Position numbers and translations under genes: made by a program
Shown here: positions 1 to 9,899 of the stretch, piece after piece
Layout: each line of letters begins with the position of its first letter
Position numbering within the stretch: the first letter of the stretch is position 1
Assembly: GCF_000014785.1 (NCBI RefSeq)
Contig: NC_008340.1
Coordinates: 930,001 to 962,000, forward strand
Source: Alkalilimnicola ehrlichii MLHE-1
Lineage (GTDB): Bacteria; Pseudomonadota; Gammaproteobacteria; Nitrococcales; Halorhodospiraceae
Length of the DNA: 32,000 nt
Direction: 5' to 3'
Notes under the pieces: model-generated
The model's database searches: none
What the model saw: the letters and a program-made list of their open reading frames with translations, nothing else
Told to the model about the DNA's origin: nothing

Positions 1-639
1 AGTGCGCTCGATCCCGCGGCGGCGGCACGTCTGCTCACCCCGGCGCCCCTGCCCGAGTTGGTGTTGGCGCTGGATGAGACCCCGGTGGAGCGGCTGCAGG
101 CGATCCTGCGGGCGCTGCCCGCTGATCGGCGGAAGGCGCTGCTGGGTGCCCTGCAGCAACCCTCGGGCGCGGTCGGCCGGTACATGCGGCCGCAGGCGCT
201 GGCGGTCACCAGCGGCACTCCGGTGGCGGGGGCCCGCGCGAAGCTGTCCCGTCACGAGGCCTATGTCCTGTTTGTGCAGGACGCGCGTGGCCGCTATCTG
301 GGTTTTGTGACCCGCAGCAGTCTCGCCGGGCGGGATGGCCGCGAGACGGTCGAGCGCGAACTCCTCGGCACGGGGATGACCCTAAGCCCGGACCAGCCCC
401 TGCGCGGCGTGCGTGGGCTGATGGCCCGTGCCGGTGTTGGCGTGCTGCCGGTGCTGGACGAGTGGGGCGGCCTGGCCGGGGCGCTTCACGGCCGTGACCT
501 GCCCCCGGTGACCGTCAACGAGGTCCGCGCCCGGCGCCATGGCGGTGGGTTGCGGCGCATGCTCAGCCTGGGTGCGGTGACCGGTGGCCTGATCGGCCTG
601 CCGCTCATCGCCGCGCTGACACTCGGCGCCCTGGTGTAA
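1..639 (+). CDS. MgtE N-domain/CBS-like protein with one C-terminal hydrophobic hairpin, 5' end outside window
   Basis: Frame 1 is open from base 1 (SALDPAAAARLLTPAPLPELVLALDETPVERLQ...), upstream of the called ORF at 58. It has a helical LPADRRKALL repeat like MgtE N domains, a CBS-like segment (YMRPQALAVTSGTPV..GVLPVLDEWGGLAGALHGRDL) and ends in LGAVTGGLIGLPLIAALTLGALV. Confidence 0.6.
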   Translation, partial: SALDPAAAARLLTPAPLPELVLALDETPVERLQAILRALPADRRKALLGALQQPSGAVGRYMRPQALAVTSGTPVAGARAKLSRHEAYVLFVQDARGRYLGFVTRSSLAGRDGRETVERELLGTGMTLSPDQPLRGVRGLMARAGVGVLPVLDEWGGLAGALHGRDLPPVTVNEVRARRHGGGLRRMLSLGAVTGGLIGLPLIAALTLGALV

Positions 640-698
640 CCAGAGATTAACCCGGCCCGTGCATCCTCACGGGCCCTGGCCTTGTCAAGGAGGCACCC

Positions 699-2063
699 AT
701 GCAAGAAGAAGAAAACCCGCTTGTCCCCCGGATCCAGGCAGCGCTGGCGGAGCGGCGCTGGAGTGACGTGCGGGAGGCCGTGGCCGACGAGGCGGCCCAG
801 GACATCGCCGACATCATGCTGGAGCTTGAAAAGGCAGAGCGTATCTTCCTTTTCAAGCTCCTGCCCCGACACCAGGCCAATGAGGTCTTCGCCTACCTCT
901 CACCGGACAACCAGGACGCGCTCCTGGAGGACATGACCGACGAGGAGACCCGCGAGGTCCTGGCCAGCCTGACGCCGGACGATCGGACCGCGCTGCTGCA
1001 GGAACTGCCGGCGACAGCCACCCAGCGGTTGCTGGAGATGCTGCCCCCCGGGGACCGGCGCCGGGCCCAGCGGCTGTTGGGGTATCCGGATGAGTCGGTG
1101 GGCCGCCTGATGACCCCGGAGTACATCTCGGTGCGCCCCAACTGGACCATTGAACAGGCGCTGGCCCACATCCGTGCCCAGAAGGAGCGGGGCGAGACGG
1201 TGAACGTCATCCACGTCACTGATAACGAAGGCAAGCTGTTGGATGCGCTGTCTATTCGCCGCTTCATCCTGGCTGAGCCGGACAGCACGGTCGAGAGCAT
1301 CATGGACTACCGCTATATCTGTGTCTCGGCCTTCGACGACCGAGAGAAGGCGGTGGAGACCGTGCAGCACTATGACCTCTCGGCCCTGCCGGTGGTGGAC
1401 TCTGAGGGCGTGCTGCTGGGTATCGTTACCCTGGATGACGTGATGGACGTGGCCGAGGCCGAGGCCACCGAGGACTTCCACAAGCTGGGTAGTGTGGGCG
1501 TGCTCAACCTGGGGCTCAAGGACGCCAGCCTGTGGGCCCTGTACCAACGCCGCGTGGGCTGGCTGGTGCTGCTGGTCTTTATCAACATGTTCGGCGGCGA
1601 GATCATCGGGGCTTATGAGGATACCCTGGCCGCCGTGATCGTACTGGTCACCTTCCTGCCGCTGGTGGTGGATACGGCGGGTAACGCCGGCACCCAGTCC
1701 GCCACCCTGATGGTGCGTGGTCTAGCGACCGGTGACGTCAAATCGAAGGATTGGCTGAAGCTGTGGAGCAAGGAGGCCATGGTGTCCGTGGCCCTGGGTG
1801 TCACCCTGGCCGTGGCAGTCGCCTTCCTGGGCATGTATCGCGGAGGTATGGAGATCGCTTACGTGGTGGCGCTGTCCATGGTCGCCGTGGTGTTCATGGG
1901 GAGCATGATCGGCATGCTGCTGCCTTTCATCCTGGCCCGGTTCAAACTGGACCCGGCCACGGCCAGTGCGCCGCTGATCACCTCCATCGCCGACATCTTC
2001 GGCATCCTGATCTACTTCGCCATCGCCACGGCTATGTTGGATGTGACTGGAGTGACGGGATAG
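699..2063 (+). CDS. mgtE: Magnesium transporter MgtE
   Basis: 454 aa. N-domain helical repeats, a CBS pair (VGRLMTPEYISVRPNWTIEQAL; ALPVVDSEGVLLGIVTLDDVMDV) and a five-helix membrane domain with a TAGNAGTQSATLMVRGLA motif. Confidence 0.93.
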   Translation: MQEEENPLVPRIQAALAERRWSDVREAVADEAAQDIADIMLELEKAERIFLFKLLPRHQANEVFAYLSPDNQDALLEDMTDEETREVLASLTPDDRTALLQELPATATQRLLEMLPPGDRRRAQRLLGYPDESVGRLMTPEYISVRPNWTIEQALAHIRAQKERGETVNVIHVTDNEGKLLDALSIRRFILAEPDSTVESIMDYRYICVSAFDDREKAVETVQHYDLSALPVVDSEGVLLGIVTLDDVMDVAEAEATEDFHKLGSVGVLNLGLKDASLWALYQRRVGWLVLLVFINMFGGEIIGAYEDTLAAVIVLVTFLPLVVDTAGNAGTQSATLMVRGLATGDVKSKDWLKLWSKEAMVSVALGVTLAVAVAFLGMYRGGMEIAYVVALSMVAVVFMGSMIGMLLPFILARFKLDPATASAPLITSIADIFGILIYFAIATAMLDVTGVTG

Positions 2064-2222
2064 CGGCCTGAACGCCGTGGCGACGCATTGGTGTGCGCCC
2101 GCTGTCGCTGCGGTGGCCGGGGTGGCAATTGGGTTGCCCCGGCGATCGGCATGTTCATGCGGCAATCGATCAACTTACCGGGTAGACTACGGACGGTTTC
2201 TATAGGCTGGAATTCAAGGCGC

Positions 2223-2789
2223 ATGAGCATCAAGTCTGACAAATGGATCCGCCGCATGGCCGAGCAGGCCGGCATGATCGAGCCCTTTGAGCCGGGGCAG
2301 GTGCGGGAGGCGGGGGGTGAAAAGGTGATCTCCTACGGCACGTCCAGCTACGGCTATGACGTGCGCTGTTCGTCGCACTTCAAGATCTTCACCAACATCA
2401 ACACAGCCATCGTCGACCCCAAGGCCTTCGACAGCCGCAGTTTCGTCGACGTGGAGTCGGACGTCTGCATCATCCCGCCCAACTCCTTTGCCCTGGCGCA
2501 CACGGTGGAGTACTTCCGCATCCCGCGCAACGTGCTCACCATTTGCCTGGGCAAATCCACCTACGCCCGCTGCGGCATTATCGTCAACGTCACGCCGCTG
2601 GAGCCGGAGTGGGAGGGGCATGTGACCCTGGAGTTCTCCAACACCACCCCGCTGCCGGCAAAGATCTACGCCAACGAGGGGGTGGCGCAGATGCTGTTCC
2701 TGGAGTCCGACGAGGAGTGCGAGACCTCCTACAAGGACCGGGGCGGCAAGTACCAGGGCCAGCGCGGGGTGACCCTGCCGCGAGGCTGA
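2223..2789 (+). CDS. dcd: dCTP deaminase
   Basis: 188 aa from [29 protein letters not shown]; contains [22 protein letters not shown] and [50 protein letters not shown]. Confidence 0.96.
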   Translation: MSIKSDKWIRRMAEQAGMIEPFEPGQVREAGGEKVISYGTSSYGYDVRCSSHFKIFTNINTAIVDPKAFDSRSFVDVESDVCIIPPNSFALAHTVEYFRIPRNVLTICLGKSTYARCGIIVNVTPLEPEWEGHVTLEFSNTTPLPAKIYANEGVAQMLFLESDEECETSYKDRGGKYQGQRGVTLPRG

Positions 2790-2820
2790 CGCGCAGCGGC
2801 CCGTGGCAGGGCCTCGCGCC

Positions 2821-3168
2821 TCAGGCGAGCAGCTCCAGCAGCCGTTCCGGCGGCCGGCCGATGACGGCGCCCCGGTCGCTGACGCCGATGGGGCGTTCCA
2901 GTAGCCGGGGATGTTCTGCGATGGCCTGGAGCAGGGTCTCGCGGTCCAGGCCCGGGTCGTCCAGTGCCAGTTCCTTGTACAGCTTCTCCTTGCGCCGCAT
3001 CATGCCGCGCGGGTCATGGATGTCGAGCCGCTCCATCAGCGATGCCAGCTCGTCGGTGCCCGGCGGGGTCTTCAGGTATTGGATCACCTCCGGCTCCACG
3101 CCGTGGGCCTGCAGCAGTTTGAGCCCCTCGCGGGACTTGCTGCAGCGGGGGTTGTGGTAATAGCGCAT
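2821..3168 (-). CDS. arsC: ArsC-family (glutaredoxin-type) arsenate reductase
   Basis: 115 aa MRYYHNPRCSKSREGLKLLQAHGVEPEVIQYLKTPP...ERPIGVSDRGAVIGRPPERLLELL; catalytic Cys in NPRCSKSR. No other ars genes nearby. Confidence 0.9.
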   Translation of the reverse strand: MRYYHNPRCSKSREGLKLLQAHGVEPEVIQYLKTPPGTDELASLMERLDIHDPRGMMRRKEKLYKELALDDPGLDRETLLQAIAEHPRLLERPIGVSDRGAVIGRPPERLLELLA

Positions 3169-3246
3169 GAGCGTCTCCTCCCGTAGTCCGGTTTCCATTT
3201 GTTCGCAATGGTTTGCCGCCGGCGCACAGCGGCCTCGGCCCAAGGC

Positions 3247-6200
3247 TCAGGCCAGTAGCGCCGCCTCCAGCCAGTCGATGATTTCAGCGTCGCGCCCGAT
3301 CGCCTCCAGGGGCAGCTCCACCTTGGCCAGCGCGGCGCGATAGCGCTCGTCGCGCTCCAATCGGGGCTGCGGGTCCAGGTGGCCCTCCGCCTCCAGGTAG
3401 CTCTCCAGCTCCTCGAGCTTGGCCCGGCGGAAGCCTGAGACCTCGCCGGCACCCAGGGCCTCCAGCAGGGCCCGGGCATCGCCGTGGTGGGCGTCGTTGA
3501 GTTCGGCGACCCGTGGCATAAAGGTGTCGCTCACCGCCCCGCTGGCCTCCAGCACCGCCCGGGTGACCGGCCGGCCGCGACCCTGGCGCCAGGCCTGCAG
3601 CCAGTGGTGGGCCAGTTGCACGCGGCGCGAGAGCTGCTCGCGCAGTTCCGCTGGCAGGTGGTGTTTAAGGGCCGGGTCCTCCAGCAGCCGCTGCAACTCG
3701 CCGCTGTGGTGGACGCGGTAGTCGCGCAGCAGCCGGTGGAGGGTGTCGAGCCGGTCGCGCAACAGGTGAAAGAGGTGGATCTCGCCGGCCGGACGCCAGG
3801 GGTCGATGCCGGGCACCTGCAGGGCGCGGGCGTAGCTTTCGGCGGTGTGCCCGTCCGGGGCCGGGACCGGCTCCGCCTCCGGCAGTTGCAGGGCTTGGTC
3901 GGACAGTGCGGAACCGGTACCGCGCAGTTGGGCCAGTTCGATGCAGTGGGGCCGCTGGCCCAGGGCGAGCTCCCAGCGCCGGGCGTCCTCCGGCTGGGCG
4001 CTCAGGTAGAAGATCTGGCGGCCGGTCTCCAGTAGCGCTGCGAGGCTGCCGGCCACCGCCTGGAAGCGTTCCGGGTCGGTGGTGGTGAGGGCCTCGTCGA
4101 GGATCAGGGGTAGCGGCCGGGTCTGGCGCTCCAGTTGCTCCAGCCACGCCACTCGCAGGGCGATCAGCAGTTGCATGCGGGTGCCGGTGGAGAGGCGCTC
4201 CAGCGGCTGGGGCTGTTCGCTATGGTGGTCCATTGCCTGCAGTCGCTGGTCCGGGCCCAGGCGTAACCCATAGCGCTGGTGGGTGAAGCGGGCAAAGAGC
4301 CGGTCCGCCCGGGCCAGGGCCTCGGGGCGGTGGGCCTGTTCGTGCCGGCGGGCCACGCGCTCCAGCAGGAACCGGGCCGCGGCCGCGGATAGGGCCTGTT
4401 CGCGCTCTCCGGCCAGCGCCTCGCGCGCCTCCTCGCGCTGGGCCAGGGCCTCCTCCAGGTCGTGGCGCTGGCGGGTCTGTTCCAGGCGGGTGCGGATGCC
4501 GGCGCGCTCCTCGCGCAGCGGCTCCAGCCGTCCGGCGGCCTCGGCGGCGTCCTCAGCGGCGCGGCGCAGGGCGGGCTCATCGCCGGCCTCCAGCCACTCG
4601 ATGATGTCGGGGTCGGCCTGCCCCTCCAGGTCCTCACGGCGCAGCCGGTAATTGCTCCGTGCGGCCTCCAGGGCCTGCCGGCAGGCCTGCCACTCAGGGA
4701 GCTGGTCGATGCGTTCCAGCAGGGTGGCCCGCTGGTCGGGTTGCAGGCCGGCGTCGTGGTAGAGCTGGTCGAGCTGCCGGCGGGTATCCCGAAGCTGGCG
4801 CTCCAATTCCCGGATCAGTCGAGTGGCGTTGTCCGCCTGCTGGCGGGCACGCTCGGCGGCCTCGCAGCGTTGCCGCAGGTCGTCCAGGGCGGCGCCCAGT
4901 GCCTCGCTGCGCTCCTCGCGCGGGGCGGTGTGCCAGGTCGCCAGGAAGTGGTGCAGGGTGTCGCGCAGGGTGTCGAGTTCCTGGGCCTGGCGGTCCAGTA
5001 CGGCCTCCTGGGCGGCCTGTTGTTCGCGGGCCTCCTGATGGCGGCTCAGCAGGCGGACGGCGCGGTCGAAGGCCAGCGGCAGTTCCGCGTCCAGGCCCAG
5101 GGCGGCGGCATGCCGGTGGAGGGCCTGCTCCGCCTCAGCCTGTTCTGTGCGCGCCCGGCCCCTTTGCGCGTGGAGTTGGTCGGCCTCCTGGCGCCGCTGC
5201 TGAAGGCTTCGGGCCTGGTGCCAGGCCTGTTCCAGCTCATCCAGGCGTTGCCGGACGGCGGCCTCCTCCCAGACCTCCGGGGCGGGGAGCGGCAGTTCAG
5301 TAAACCGGGTCTCGCTCTCGCGCCGGTCCCGGCGGCGCCCCATTGCCACGGCACTGGCACCGAGGCCGGCGAGCACCACCAGGCTGCTGGCCACGGTGGG
5401 CCAGTGGCCAAGGGTGAGCCCCAGTGCCGCGGTACCCGCGCCGCCCAGCCCGGTCAGCCCGAGGCCCAGCCAGTGCAGCGGCCGCGGGGCAGGCTGGCGC
5501 AGCCAGCGGCGCAGTTCATGGCAGCCCCGTTCCAGTGGCGCGGGGTCGAAGGGCTCAGCGTTGGGCTCCAGGGTTGCCAGGCGGGCGTCCAGCGCCTGGA
5601 GGCGTTCCCGTGCCGCGTGGGCCTCGTGGGCCAGCCGCTCCAGGCCGGCCAGCTCCTCCGGGGAGAGCGCCGGTTGCGCCCGGTCGTCGTCGGGGCCGCG
5701 GCCCAGGGCGCGGGCCGCCTGGGCCGCGGCCCGGCGGGTGGCAGCCAGTTGCTCGTGGGTATGGCGGACCTGTTCCTCCAGCCGGGTGAGCCGACGGGCC
5801 TGCTCGCCGGCGGCTTGCAGCTCCGCCGGTGGCGGGCCGCCATCCGCCAGACCGGTCGCCTGCCGGTCGGCCTCCGCCCGGGCCTGGTCGTCGCGGGCGC
5901 TGGCCAGGGCGCGTGCCAGTTCCGCCTCCTGCTGCTCCAGGGTCTCCAGCCGGTCGCGGGTCAGGCCGACGGGCATGGGATCGGGATAGCGGGCCAGGCG
6001 ATCCTCCTGGTGGCGCAGTTCCCGCGCGGCGTCGAGGGCCAGCAAGGCCTGCTCACAGGCCTGCCGGCGTTCCCGGGCCCGTTGCGCCTCGGCCACGGCC
6101 TCGCTGAGTTCCGGCAGTCGGGCCTCGTCGCTGGCCAGCGCCTGGTGTTCGCGCTCCACCCGGCGCAGGGCCTGCTGGCGCTGTTGCAGTTCCCGGGCGG

Positions 6201-6660
6201 CGATGCGCCCCCGCTGGGCGGACAGGCTGAACGGCTGACTCTCCCGCAGGGCCTGCAGGTCGTAGCCGCCCTGCATCTCGCGGCGCAGGGTGGCCTCGGC
6301 GGCCTGGTCCTCGCGGGTGGTTTCGAGCAGGCGGTCGAGCCCGATCCAGTAATAGCCGAGCCCCTCGGCGCCGGGCAGGGGTGGGGGCGCGCAGGGTTCG
6401 CCGTCGCAGCGCCAGTGGATGTCGCGGCCCAGCCGATCCACCTGCCATTGCCGCTCTCCCTCGCTGAAGGTGGCCGACAGCACCAGGTTGGCGGGGTCGT
6501 CGGTGCGGGTCTCCATCAGATGGCGCAGGGCCCGCACCACGCTGCTCTTGCCGGAGGCGTTGGGCCCCAGCAGCAGGTTGATCCGCGGGTCCAGCCCCTC
6601 CAGGTCGAATCCGGGGTGGATGCCGGGCAGTTGCCGAATGTGCAGGCTCTCGAGCTTCAT
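3247..6660 (-). CDS. SbcC/YhaN-like AAA ATPase with long coiled coils
   Basis: From MKLESLHIRQLPGIHPGFDLEGLDPRINLLLGPNASGKSS (Walker A); signature-like LSTGTRMQLLIALRVAWLEQL; Walker B PLPLILDEALTTTDPERF; long Glu/Arg/Gln/Ala-rich coils. Confidence 0.85.
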   Translation of the reverse strand: MKLESLHIRQLPGIHPGFDLEGLDPRINLLLGPNASGKSSVVRALRHLMETRTDDPANLVLSATFSEGERQWQVDRLGRDIHWRCDGEPCAPPPLPGAEGLGYYWIGLDRLLETTREDQAAEATLRREMQGGYDLQALRESQPFSLSAQRGRIAARELQQRQQALRRVEREHQALASDEARLPELSEAVAEAQRARERRQACEQALLALDAARELRHQEDRLARYPDPMPVGLTRDRLETLEQQEAELARALASARDDQARAEADRQATGLADGGPPPAELQAAGEQARRLTRLEEQVRHTHEQLAATRRAAAQAARALGRGPDDDRAQPALSPEELAGLERLAHEAHAARERLQALDARLATLEPNAEPFDPAPLERGCHELRRWLRQPAPRPLHWLGLGLTGLGGAGTAALGLTLGHWPTVASSLVVLAGLGASAVAMGRRRDRRESETRFTELPLPAPEVWEEAAVRQRLDELEQAWHQARSLQQRRQEADQLHAQRGRARTEQAEAEQALHRHAAALGLDAELPLAFDRAVRLLSRHQEAREQQAAQEAVLDRQAQELDTLRDTLHHFLATWHTAPREERSEALGAALDDLRQRCEAAERARQQADNATRLIRELERQLRDTRRQLDQLYHDAGLQPDQRATLLERIDQLPEWQACRQALEAARSNYRLRREDLEGQADPDIIEWLEAGDEPALRRAAEDAAEAAGRLEPLREERAGIRTRLEQTRQRHDLEEALAQREEAREALAGEREQALSAAAARFLLERVARRHEQAHRPEALARADRLFARFTHQRYGLRLGPDQRLQAMDHHSEQPQPLERLSTGTRMQLLIALRVAWLEQLERQTRPLPLILDEALTTTDPERFQAVAGSLAALLETGRQIFYLSAQPEDARRWELALGQRPHCIELAQLRGTGSALSDQALQLPEAEPVPAPDGHTAESYARALQVPGIDPWRPAGEIHLFHLLRDRLDTLHRLLRDYRVHHSGELQRLLEDPALKHHLPAELREQLSRRVQLAHHWLQAWRQGRGRPVTRAVLEASGAVSDTFMPRVAELNDAHHGDARALLEALGAGEVSGFRRAKLEELESYLEAEGHLDPQPRLERDERYRAALAKVELPLEAIGRDAEIIDWLEAALLA

Positions 6661-7943
6661 GCGTCCGCCGCCTTCTGCGCGAGCAGAGCATCCAGGGCGG
6701 CCGTGCCGGCCTGCCACAGGCGGTCGGCCACGGCCCGATCATCCAGGGGGACGGGCGCCAGGTCCTGCCAGTGCTTGTGGCGGCACTCCGCCTCCAGGGC
6801 CTCCCGCGCCTCAGCAACCAGATTGCGGTACTCCGGATCGTCCGGGCCGGCGCGCAGGGCGAGCAGCTGGGCGGCCAGCAACCCCGCCGGGCTTGCCTCC
6901 CGGGCCAGGTGGCTCAGGTCGATTTCGGGGAGGGTCTCCAGGTGCAGGCGGTTGACGAAGACATCGGGCGGGCCGGGTAGCAGGGGGCTGTCCCGCAACT
7001 CATCGGCCAGCCGGTCGCGGACGGTGCCGCCTTGATCGACGCGCCCGGTGAGGCGGACCTGCAGGCCGACCAGCCGGGGTTGCCAGGCCTCGCCCTGCAG
7101 CCTCGCCTGCAGCGCCCGGACCTGCTCCAGCAGGCGGGTGCGACCATCTGCCGCATCGTTGAGGCCGCTCAGGTCGACAGCCAGTTCGTACCATTGCAGA
7201 GGCGCCAGCGGCCACTGCCGGAGTTCGGTGATGCCGCGACCATCCAGGCGGTAGAGCCAAGGCCCGCGTGGCCCGATCTCCGTGCGGCGCAGGGCGGTGA
7301 CCGAGCCCAGGTAGCCGGAGGGGTGCCCGGGGTCCAGCGGGTCGGGCCGGTGGATGTGGCCCAGTAGCCAGGCGTCCAGCCCGGCGCGTTCCAATTCGCC
7401 GGAGCTGACCGGGGCGTAGGGGCTGTCGGCCTGGTCGCGGTCACAGTGGAGCAGGCCGAGCTGCGGGCAGGACGCCGGCGGGAAGCGGTGATCGGCCAGC
7501 GGACTCAGTGCGCGCCGGGCCTCGACGAATGACCAGCCATGGACGATGGCTTCGGTGCCGTCGCGGCCACACAGCCGGGCCGCCTGCCAGCTACCGTCGG
7601 CGCCGAGCAGTTCGAAACCGGGCAGCTCCCGGGCCAGCCGGGGCAGCACGGCGGTGTCATGGTTGCCGCTGACTCCGAGCACGCGGATACCGGCCTCAAC
7701 CAAGCGCCGGACCCCGGTATGGAGCAGGCCGTAGGCCTCGAAGAAGTCCTGCTCCTGCTCTACCACGTCACCGGCAAAGAGCACCGCATCCACCGGCTGG
7801 CGGATGGCCGCATCCACCAGCCGTTGCCACGCTGCTGCGGGACCCAGGCGCGCCGGGTCATGTTGCTCGACGACCGCCTGGGGCAGCCCGGCGGGGCGGC
7901 GGCCCAGGTGCAGATCGCCCACGGCGAGGATCTCGAGCGTCAT
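6657..7943 (-). CDS. SbcD/YhaO-like metallophosphoesterase (DNA repair exonuclease subunit)
   Basis: MTLEILAVGDLHLGRR, LFAGDVVEQ, GVSGNHDTAVLP, LLGHIHRPD phosphoesterase motifs. Stop overlaps the start of the ATPase gene by 4 nt (6657-6660). Confidence 0.87.
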   Translation of the reverse strand: MTLEILAVGDLHLGRRPAGLPQAVVEQHDPARLGPAAAWQRLVDAAIRQPVDAVLFAGDVVEQEQDFFEAYGLLHTGVRRLVEAGIRVLGVSGNHDTAVLPRLARELPGFELLGADGSWQAARLCGRDGTEAIVHGWSFVEARRALSPLADHRFPPASCPQLGLLHCDRDQADSPYAPVSSGELERAGLDAWLLGHIHRPDPLDPGHPSGYLGSVTALRRTEIGPRGPWLYRLDGRGITELRQWPLAPLQWYELAVDLSGLNDAADGRTRLLEQVRALQARLQGEAWQPRLVGLQVRLTGRVDQGGTVRDRLADELRDSPLLPGPPDVFVNRLHLETLPEIDLSHLAREASPAGLLAAQLLALRAGPDDPEYRNLVAEAREALEAECRHKHWQDLAPVPLDDRAVADRLWQAGTAALDALLAQKAADA

Positions 7944-8143
7944 GCCTGCGTGTTCCTCCATAAGGACCGATGGGTATTGTACAGGGGGCGACGCCGGTGC
8001 GAGACAAAGGGCATATGCTTATAACTGGAACGGCTATAATCTATCACCGTCTTCGGCAGGTTCTATTGGCCAGAATGGTTTTAAATCTATAACATTCGGA
8101 AACGTTGATACGGAACGACTGTCGCTAACCAAGAGAGGTCGAC

Positions 8144-8806
8144 ATGACTGAAGAAGTGAATGAACAGCAAGAGCCCGTCCTCGCCATGCCGCAGCTGAAC
8201 AAGCCGGCCCCGGACTTCGAGGCGCAGACGACCCACGGCCCGAAGAAGCTCAGCGACTACCGCGGCAAGTGGGTGGTGTTGTTCTCCCACCCGGCGGACT
8301 TCACCCCGGTCTGCACCACCGAGTTCATGGCCTTCGCCCAGCGGTCCGAGGACTTCAAGGCCCTGAATACCGAGCTGCTGGGGCTGTCCATTGATGGCAT
8401 CCATGCCCACGTTGCCTGGGTCCGCAACATCAAGGAGAACTTTGGCGTCGAGATCAACTTCCCGATCATCGCCGACCTGAACATGAAGGTCGCCAATGCC
8501 TACGGGATGGTGCAGCCGGGTGCCAGCGACACCTCCGCGGTGCGTGCCACCTTCTTCATCGATCCCGAGGGCATCCTTCGGGCCATGATCTACTACCCGA
8601 TGACCAACGGCCGCTCCATCGACGAGGCCCTGCGCCTGGTCAAGAGCCTGCAGACCTCGCAGGAGCACGGCGTGGCCACCCCCGAGGCCTGGCAGCCGGG
8701 TGATCCGGTGATCGTGCCGCCGCCGGCGACCGTCGAGGAGGCTGAGGCGCGCAAGGATCAGGGCTACGATTACGTGGACTGGTACTTCTGCAAGAAGACC
8801 CTGTAA
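8144..8806 (+). CDS. Peroxiredoxin (AhpC/Prx6, 1-Cys-like)
   Basis: 220 aa; LFSHPADFTPVCTTEFMAFAQ active site; long Prx6-like C-terminal region (YYPMTNGRSIDEALRLVKSLQ). Confidence 0.92.
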   Translation: MTEEVNEQQEPVLAMPQLNKPAPDFEAQTTHGPKKLSDYRGKWVVLFSHPADFTPVCTTEFMAFAQRSEDFKALNTELLGLSIDGIHAHVAWVRNIKENFGVEINFPIIADLNMKVANAYGMVQPGASDTSAVRATFFIDPEGILRAMIYYPMTNGRSIDEALRLVKSLQTSQEHGVATPEAWQPGDPVIVPPPATVEEAEARKDQGYDYVDWYFCKKTL

Positions 8807-8859
8807 TCGGTCCAGAGGCCTCCGCGTCATAGCAGTATGAGATGACGTTGATGGGTCCA

Positions 8860-8893
8860 GCCGGGGTGCCACTGCGGTATCCCGGCCTTTTTT
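8860..8893 (+). terminator. Rho-independent terminator after peroxiredoxin
   Basis: GCCGGGGTGCC-ACTGC-GGTATCCCGGC hairpin (11 pairs including G-T) followed by CTTTTTT. Confidence 0.85.
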
Positions 8894-8911
8894 ATATGGG
8901 AGGAGCGCATC

Positions 8912-9778
8912 ATGCAGACCCCCCTGGTGGAACCTTTCTTCGACGACGATACCCACACCTATAGCTATGTGGTGCAGGACCCGGACAGCCGGCATTGTGC
9001 CGTTGTCGACAGCGTGCTGGACTACGATCCGGCCTCCGGGCGCACCAGCTATGCCGGTGCGGATCGCATCATCGCCTACGTCCGGGAGCACGGCCTGCAG
9101 GTGGACTGGATCCTGGAGACCCACGTGCATGCCGATCACCTGTCGGCGGCGCCCTATCTGCGCCAGGCCTTGGGCGGCCAGATGGGCATCGGCGAGAACA
9201 TCCGCATCGTGCAGGATGTCTTTGGCAAGCTGTTCAACGCCGGGCCGGACTTCCCGCGGGACGGCAGCCAGTTCGATCGGCTGTTCAGCGAGGGTGACAC
9301 CTTTTCCATTGGCGGCCTGGAGGGCCGGGTGTTGCACACCCCGGGCCATACCCCGGCCTGCCTGACCTACGTGATCGGCGACGCCGCCTTCGTCGGCGAC
9401 ACCATCTTTATGCCCGACTTCGGCACGGCGCGGTGCGACTTCCCGGGCGGGGACGCGCGGGCGCTGTACCGCTCCATCCAGAAGATCTTCGCGCTCCCGG
9501 ATGAGACGCGCCTGTTCATGTGCCACGACTACGGCGCCCCGGGCCGGGATGAGTACCAGTACATGACTACGGTGGGCGAGGAGCGCCGGCACAACGTGCA
9601 CGTGGGTGAGGGGATCAGCGAGGACGAGTTTGTGGCCATGCGCACGGCGCGGGACGCCGAGCTCGGCATGCCGCGGCTGATCCTGCCCTCGGTCCAGGTC
9701 AACATGCGCGCCGGTGAGATGCCGCCTGCGGAGGACAACGGGACGGTCTACCTGAAGATCCCGGTCAACAAGGTCTGA
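8912..9778 (+). CDS. MBL-fold metallo-hydrolase (persulfide dioxygenase/Blh-like)
   Basis: 288 aa; ETHVHADHLSAAPYL, HTPGHTPACLTYVIGDAAFVGDTIF, and FMCHDYG motifs. Confidence 0.88.
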   Translation: MQTPLVEPFFDDDTHTYSYVVQDPDSRHCAVVDSVLDYDPASGRTSYAGADRIIAYVREHGLQVDWILETHVHADHLSAAPYLRQALGGQMGIGENIRIVQDVFGKLFNAGPDFPRDGSQFDRLFSEGDTFSIGGLEGRVLHTPGHTPACLTYVIGDAAFVGDTIFMPDFGTARCDFPGGDARALYRSIQKIFALPDETRLFMCHDYGAPGRDEYQYMTTVGEERRHNVHVGEGISEDEFVAMRTARDAELGMPRLILPSVQVNMRAGEMPPAEDNGTVYLKIPVNKV

Positions 9779-9899
9779 ACCGGGGCCGGTCTGCACTGCC
9801 GGTGGCGGACCGTCCGTCGTCGGCGGCCTCCGGCGGGCGGGTGGCGATGGTACACTGTGCGGTCATCCCAGCCGCTCAGACTCGTTACGGAGCCCTTGC

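Noticed and set aside
4462-7035. 857-aa ORF on the plus strand
   Set aside because: Antisense to the YhaN-like ATPase, which has clear Walker motifs. Its composition is a low-complexity Gly/Ala/Leu/Gln-rich shadow typical of high-GC codon bias.
8087-9796. 569-aa ORF on the minus strand
   Set aside because: Antisense to the peroxiredoxin and MBL hydrolase genes. No recognisable domain, and it spans a good plus-strand terminator region.
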